64,000 nt of DNA, from NCBI RefSeq assembly GCF_008831285.2, contig NC_045138.2, positions 27,590,001-27,654,000 of the forward strand, in the 5' to 3' direction. This DNA comes from Nymphaea colorata (Eukaryota). The notes below the pieces were generated by a model. It searched no databases. It worked only from the letters and a program-made list of their open reading frames with translations, and was not told the origin of the DNA. The stretch's first letter is position 1. Every line of letters starts with the position of its first letter. The position numbers and the translations under genes were made by a program. Shown piece by piece: positions 58,381-64,000 of this stretch.

Positions 58381-58980
58381 GCTCGTTTGTTCCATAAATA
58401 TGGACCTCGAAAGACTGCTGCAAGAAAATCAACGTTTTTTTCTACAATGATCCTTAGAAGTATAAAAGATTACATTCATTGGAAAAAGGAGAAGTACTGT
58501 GCTGATTTTTGCATCAATTTTCTCTTTGGACGCTCATTCTTGCTAGCATATAACAAGCAGCCACTTAGCTTATTGAACTTATTGTTTTAAAACTTGCCAA
58601 GTCAACTCATTAACTCAGCTTACTCAGCTCAGCAAGGTGATTCATTCCTAACTATTTAATTACTTAATTTCCGGCATAAATCTTTGAATCTGTTGAAATA
58701 TAAAATTTCGAATTATTAGTTATTTATTTAATTAGCGCATTGCAAAGGAAAAGTTAAAATTTTTGGCATGGTTTTTCTATTGTCAACCTTTAGAGCATTG
58801 AGCTCTTTATCTTTGGACTTTTAGATTTAGATAATATATATGAGTATAGTTGTGAATGTTTACTATTTTGACCTATTATTGGCTGTTGAGTTGTTTTTCA
58901 TTGATTTATTGTTACCTAATACTTTATATTGGGGGCTACAACTATAAAGTAGCAGTAGGAGCTTCTCGTTATTAGACGAA

Positions 58981-59221
58981 TAAATAAGACCTAGCTATTA
59001 CATTTCTTGACGTTAAATTGATTTATTTCTAAGTTATATACATAATCATGTCATGCTACAATATTTGAATGTTTAAATGATAAGTTATATATTATTTTCC
59101 ATAAATATGACCTAGTTATTACATTTCGGGATGTTATATAGATTTATTTCTAAGTTATATACATAATTATGTCATGCTACAACATTTTTAAGTCTAATTG
59201 ATAAGTTATATATTATTTTCC
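58981..59221. repeat. 121-bp tandem duplication
   Basis: TAAATA.GACCTAG.TATTACATTTC...GATTTATTTCTAAGTTATATACATAAT.ATGTCATGCTACAA...TGATAAGTTATATATTATTTTCC starts at 58981 and again at 59102. Confidence 0.9.
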
Positions 59222-60711
59222 TTTCGAAAATCATAGAGGGAGAACAGACGAGTCAAAGTCGCAAGTCACTCGGCTTTAGAACATTGATTGAACTCTTGAG
59301 TTCACCTCTAACTTTAACGTTTTATTAGGCTCTTGACGACCTCAACCTTGATGGTTTTATGTTGATGCCTTAGTGATGTAGATGAGTTAAAAAAAAGAAA
59401 TCGCTTTTGAAAGGGAAAGCAAAGGCAAAATGTTTCTTTGCTTGATTGCAAAGATTGGTATATATAATTTCCAATCTTGATTGATATTTATATTGTTAGA
59501 TAGCGGCCATGAGCCCACTACCCTCAAAGTTTCACAGAGCTTGTTTCAGGACCTATAATAGTTAAAAAAAAAGGAGCACATTGGAACATAACAACGACCA
59601 CATTAAGATTTGAAAGGGTTGGCAGACTGAAACTAGAAACTAAAACTAGAAAGGGTTGGAACATAACAACTACTATATGAAACTAAAACTAGAAAGGGTT
59701 GGCAGACTCCAAACCAAGCGCAGATGTAGCCTTGGTCCTTAAAGGCAAGGAGAAAGAGGCGGATTTGAGCTCTCGACTTGATGGCATCGCATTTGCTGAC
59801 CAGGAACCAAAACAAAATGTATATTGCTTGGCTATTTTAGGCGAGGAGGAAGAGCATTTCATCCTATGCTCAAAGGAGAGCATAAGCTCCCACCCAACCT
59901 CTCTTTCTATACGGAACAACGCCTGCTTTCAGTGTCTTAAGATGATGCCCTTCACCTTATTTCAACTTGCATATCATCAGTGGACCCCTTTCTGTAGTAC
60001 AAACAATTCGTGTCCTAAAAATTCAAAACAAAAACTGGCTGCCCAATAGCATCTATTCCGACCGTTGTCGTTGTGCCAAACCCATCGAAAATGCCTCTTT
60101 AATAAACTAGTTAGATTGATTGTACATTTCAAGAAGTGTTCCATGAGAAAATGCATGAAACAGTTGCATGTTACTCTCCAAGGGCAGGTGAAAAATGAAG
60201 ATGCGTGTACCAGTTGTAGATGATTTGGCCACCATTGTTGCCTGCTTTTCAACACTCAACGGGTGGTGTCTTAGCCAGGACTATCTAATGCTTCTAGTGG
60301 CCATTTGGCTGCCACTAGTGTCTTTTATAGCCACTTGAGTTGGGTTATTGTGCTTGTTCGTGGTGGATTCCACAATTTCATTGGAGTTTCAGTAGGGGGA
60401 CGAATCGAAGCAAATTGATGCATAAACTTGGGAGTCGCTGTTTTCTTGGCTCTAGAAAGGCTCTAAAATCATTCTGCTGTAAGAGTATCATGCCGGTTCC
60501 AAGCACGAATTCGGCCTTGTGGTGCCGACTCTTATCATCAAAGAACAATATTTTTCTTCCCTTACCGATCCATTTTCTGGCATATTCAATCAGATAAGAA
60601 AGTGGGGAGTGAGTAATTGGACAAAATACTTTACATATGCACATAAAGATGTAAGCGTTTACCATATCCAAAGGCATCAATGAAAGTTTTCCAAGGATAA
60701 TTGGACTCAAT

Positions 60712-61096
60712 CAGGGATATCAATGGATCGAGTTGAAAGTGGACATACCATATGCGCATTTTTGGATATTCATATGTTCGGATTCAAATGCGAATGAAAA
60801 AAAGTCATATACGAATCCAAAATACAATTTTATAATCCGAATCTGATCTGATTTTGATTTTCATTTGAATCCCAAATTCGAAATCTGATTTTTGAGGACG
60901 TTGGATATAGGATATTTGTTTAAAACTAAATCCAATTTGAATATGAATCCAATATGGTACTTATGTATATCAAATCCAAACCTAATCAGATGTCATTTCT
61001 TATATAATACGATTTCTTAATCGGTTATTGCATTTTTTTCTATATCTGAACGGTGTGGTTGGATGTCTGATCCAATTGGATATATTGACTTTCCTA
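60712..61096. mobile_element. hAT-type MITE, copy 3 (~385 bp)
   Basis: TIRs CAGGGATATCAA / TTGACTTTCCTA; 8-bp TSD GACTCAAT (60704-60711) and AACTCAAT (61097-61104); interior collinear with the other two copies by eye. Confidence 0.8.
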
Positions 61097-61261
61097 AACT
61101 CAATATGAAAACGATGCTCATATATGGAGATATGTTATGCTTCCATGGTCCAATCTGCAATTATACAAGTGCATATAATTACAATTTCATCCTTGCCTTT
61201 AAGGACCAAGGATGCGCATATATGGACATAGAGAAAATGCGCATAAGGAAAACATTCCATG

Positions 61262-61407
61262 CAGTGGCGGAGATACATGGGCACTGGTGTGGGCCACTGC
61301 CTACACGAAACCGACAAAAGTTTCATTGGAAAAATTCAAAATTACCCGAAACCAGCAAAAGTTCCGACTGCCCTTCAACAAAAAAAAAGATCCTGGCTCT
61401 GCCATTG
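61262..61407. mobile_element. Small hAT-type MITE (146 bp), different family
   Basis: TIRs CAGTGGCGGAG / CTCTGCCATTG; 8-bp TSD ATTCCATG (61254-61261) and CTTCCATG (61408-61415). Confidence 0.75.
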
Positions 61408-62170
61408 CTTCCATGCATTATATCTTTTTGATAATCTATTCATGGAAGATCACAGTAAAACTGATTGAACAACCATGTTTGATTTGGAAACCTTGATATA
61501 AGAGGCAAATCCCTCTCTCAATTCGATATCAGAGGCAAATCCCAGGTTCCCAACCATGCAAGAACCGACTCCGGCTCATGCTACAACGGCGAACGGGCGA
61601 AGACAACCGTGGGTTCCAAAACCCTGTGGAGTGTGCATAGGCTGGCTGAACCATTGCAAAAACTGAGTCTTTGATCATTCTGATCCAGCTGATTATGGGA
61701 GTATGATCCAGGACGAATTTGATTGAAGCATGAAGGTTGGACCTGTTCGGATTTCTGATTTGAATCTGAGTAAGTTTTTTCGTTGGCTTTTCTGCCGGTG
61801 TGGATTATCAGATTACTTTTTGGTGAGCGAGAGGAAACGCCACTGCCCAGGTGAAAGGATAAAGCCCCCTTCCTTCCCCCTACCTCCAGAGTCCAGATCA
61901 TAATTGGGAGTTGGATTAACTTACTGTTACTCCTTTCCACTCGACAGTAGTAGTGTTCATGAGAATCAAACTGATGATTGTGTTCTTTACGAGCCTGCCA
62001 GCTCGATTATCTGTGCTAAGTCCCTCGAGATTTGCTTGACACAGAGGATGCATTTTTTTTTGCTTTACTTATCCATATTATCTTTTTTATGATCTTAAAT
62101 CATAGATAATCTTCATTCCCATTTTTCTCTTCTTATCTAGCTAAGCTCAACATCATCCAGATAAAAGAAA

Positions 62171-62172
<2 letters not shown>

Positions 62173-62264
<92 letters not shown>
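62173..62264. repeat. Perfect (TA)n microsatellite, ~46 units
   Basis: Uninterrupted TA run about 1 kb upstream of the phosphatase ATG. Confidence 0.95.
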
Positions 62265-62265
<1 letters not shown>

Positions 62266-63058
62266 CTTATCCAATAACGTTAATACAAAATTAATTGTAT
62301 CTAAATATATAATTTGATCTTTAATAGCATTCGAATTAATTATGTGACATTTTTGTTGTTAATGTTAGCAAGTTCTTCAAGAAAAACCTGAAGTTAAACA
62401 TTTTTTCATGTTACTTTTTCACTTATCTAACAATTAAAATTTCAAAAGTATGTCTCCTGAATTTTTTTAGTTAACCATAAAAACTCTCAACCGTGCTTTT
62501 AATGATATGAAAAGGTTTAGGTGTATTTTTTATTATTGTAAATTATTTAGGTGTGTTGTTCAAAATTTCTTTAAATGTGCTTATATATGTACAATTTTAA
62601 TTGGTCCATATGGCAACCACTCTCGGTCAGAATCCATGTTTCTTCAAGGAATGGATTATATCCTTATTGCTCTACATCAGCAACACGAGTTAATTTTCAT
62701 TTAATGCAGAGGCAAAAGATCTTATGATTCATCAAATTAGGGATTTTAATCATGAATTAGTCACTAAATCAATTGTGAATAAGCATATAATTTTGCATCA
62801 TTTTGTTTCTGATCTTTTTAACAATAATTTAAGTTAATATAAAAAGTATTTACTTTAAAAAACAATTAGAGTTAATTAAAAGTATTCAAGAAAAGGGGCG
62901 GAGTTGCATTGGGCGAGAACATTCGTCACCCAAGGCCGCCGTCAAAGCCGGCGAAATCGTTAAGTGGATTGGCGAAGCCTACCAGAAACAAGTGCCGGTA
63001 AATATTCGATGGCATCAAAAGCACTAAGTTGTTGATTGCGTCCCCAAACTTCGTGGGG

Positions 63059-63115
63059 CACGTGATGAGAGAGAATCAGATGCCTGGGGGTCACGTGACG
63101 GCTCGCCTATAAGTA
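63059..63115 (+). promoter_or_regulatory. Proximal promoter of the HAD phosphatase: two G-boxes and a TATA-like element
   Basis: CACGTG (63059-63064), palindromic GTCACGTGAC (63090-63099) and TATAAGTA (63108-63115). Confidence 0.6.
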
Positions 63116-63285
63116 CTCAGCTCTGCCTCTCGTAGGATTCACAGCGAGAACTAGAGGCAGTAATCCTTCTGTTGCGCGAGACTCTTAGAATTGTGCGCTT
63201 TTGTGCTTCGTCCTTGTTCAAACCACTCTTTCTCGCCGGAAAACCGCTTGAGGATCGCTTGGGTGTGGTGCCTTTTTCACTCCCC

Positions 63286-63423
63286 ATGGCCGGTGTGATC
63301 GTCGTGTTCGACTTCGACAAGACGATCATCGACGTCGACAGTGACGACTGGGTGATAGATGGCTTGGGACTTACTGAGAGGTTCAACGAACTGCTCCACA
63401 CCATGCCGTGGAATTGTTTGATG
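63286..63423 (+). CDS. PHOSPHO1-family HAD phosphatase (PPsPase/PECP/thiamine monophosphatase-like), exon 1; gene continues beyond the window
   Basis: MAGVIVVFDFDKTIIDVDSDDWVIDGLGLTERFNELLHTMPWNCLM followed by a GT donor at 63424. Contains HAD motif I DFDKT and the DSD.WV signature of this family. Confidence 0.92.
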
Positions 63424-64000
63424 GTTGGTCTTCTCCTGGTGATTTTAGGGATTTATTTTGCTTCGTTTATTTTGATAGTTTTTAAAATCATACCATAGCA
63501 GTTTTATGCCCCGTAATCACAAATGTTGTTAGTTTTTTCGACAATGTCGCCATGATATCATAAGATTTTCAAAAGATGCGATATTTTTAGAAGACGCTGT
63601 TTCTTGTTTTTGTTTCGTGAAATTAATCTTATGATCTTAAATTTTTATATTTGAAAGAAGGTTCTCTATATAGTTCTGTGTATTGCAGCTTACTTGGTGC
63701 CCTGATTGTTGTTGCTTTGTCATTGAGATCATTCCTCTTTCTTTTGGCAATGGTGGCCTACCCTTATTTAGTTTTTCTGAAAATGCCGACTTCCTTGCTC
63801 ATGGCTAATTGGCAATTTGGCACCGTCTTTTCCACCAATGCAGCGTTCTTCTGGTTCTTCTTCAGTTTTCCAATTATTGTCAGTGGATGTTTATTCCGTG
63901 TTTTATATCTTCAAAACAATCTCGAGAACAAAAAAATTGTAAGTAATTTTTTGAAAGTCTGCCTTCAGTGACCCTGGACTTCAGTTATTTTTTGGTACAT

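Noticed and set aside
58981..59710. Repeat arrays considered as CRISPR-like
   Set aside because: Eukaryotic context, only two units each, no repeat-spacer periodicity and no cas genes.
59699..60049. 116-aa ORF and overlapping minus-strand ORFs
   Set aside because: Non-ATG start, no known motif, no splice-consistent partner exons; sits within a repeat mosaic.

Overview
Intron-rich plant nuclear DNA (AT-rich, GT-AG introns, microsatellites, MITEs). I rebuilt seven protein-coding genes by hand from splice sites and frame continuity: the 3' part of an Xaa-Pro dipeptidase/prolidase (+, <1-11094), a type I protein arginine methyltransferase PRMT1 (+, 14757-18432, with an 11-nt microexon), an ER saposin-like SES1-type protein (-, 24586-19894), an uncharacterised 544-aa plant protein (-, 29357-26180), the sulfhydryl oxidase ERV1 (+, 30380-35844), an NDL/SF21 protein (+, 48004-54814), and exon 1 of a PHOSPHO1/PECP-type HAD phosphatase (+, 63286-63423, continuing past the window). 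Introns and intergenic DNA hold a clean 266-bp solo LTR with a 5-bp TSD, a decayed gag-only Copia element, several hAT-type MITEs with 8-bp TSDs, short tandem duplications and an orphan CpG-rich G-box/TCP cluster. Most ORFs in the supplied track are intronic or antisense noise. I found no convincing new biological system; the best leads are the apparently ancient gene order, the orphan regulatory island, the uncharacterised gene and an unexplained perfect 22-bp inverted repeat.
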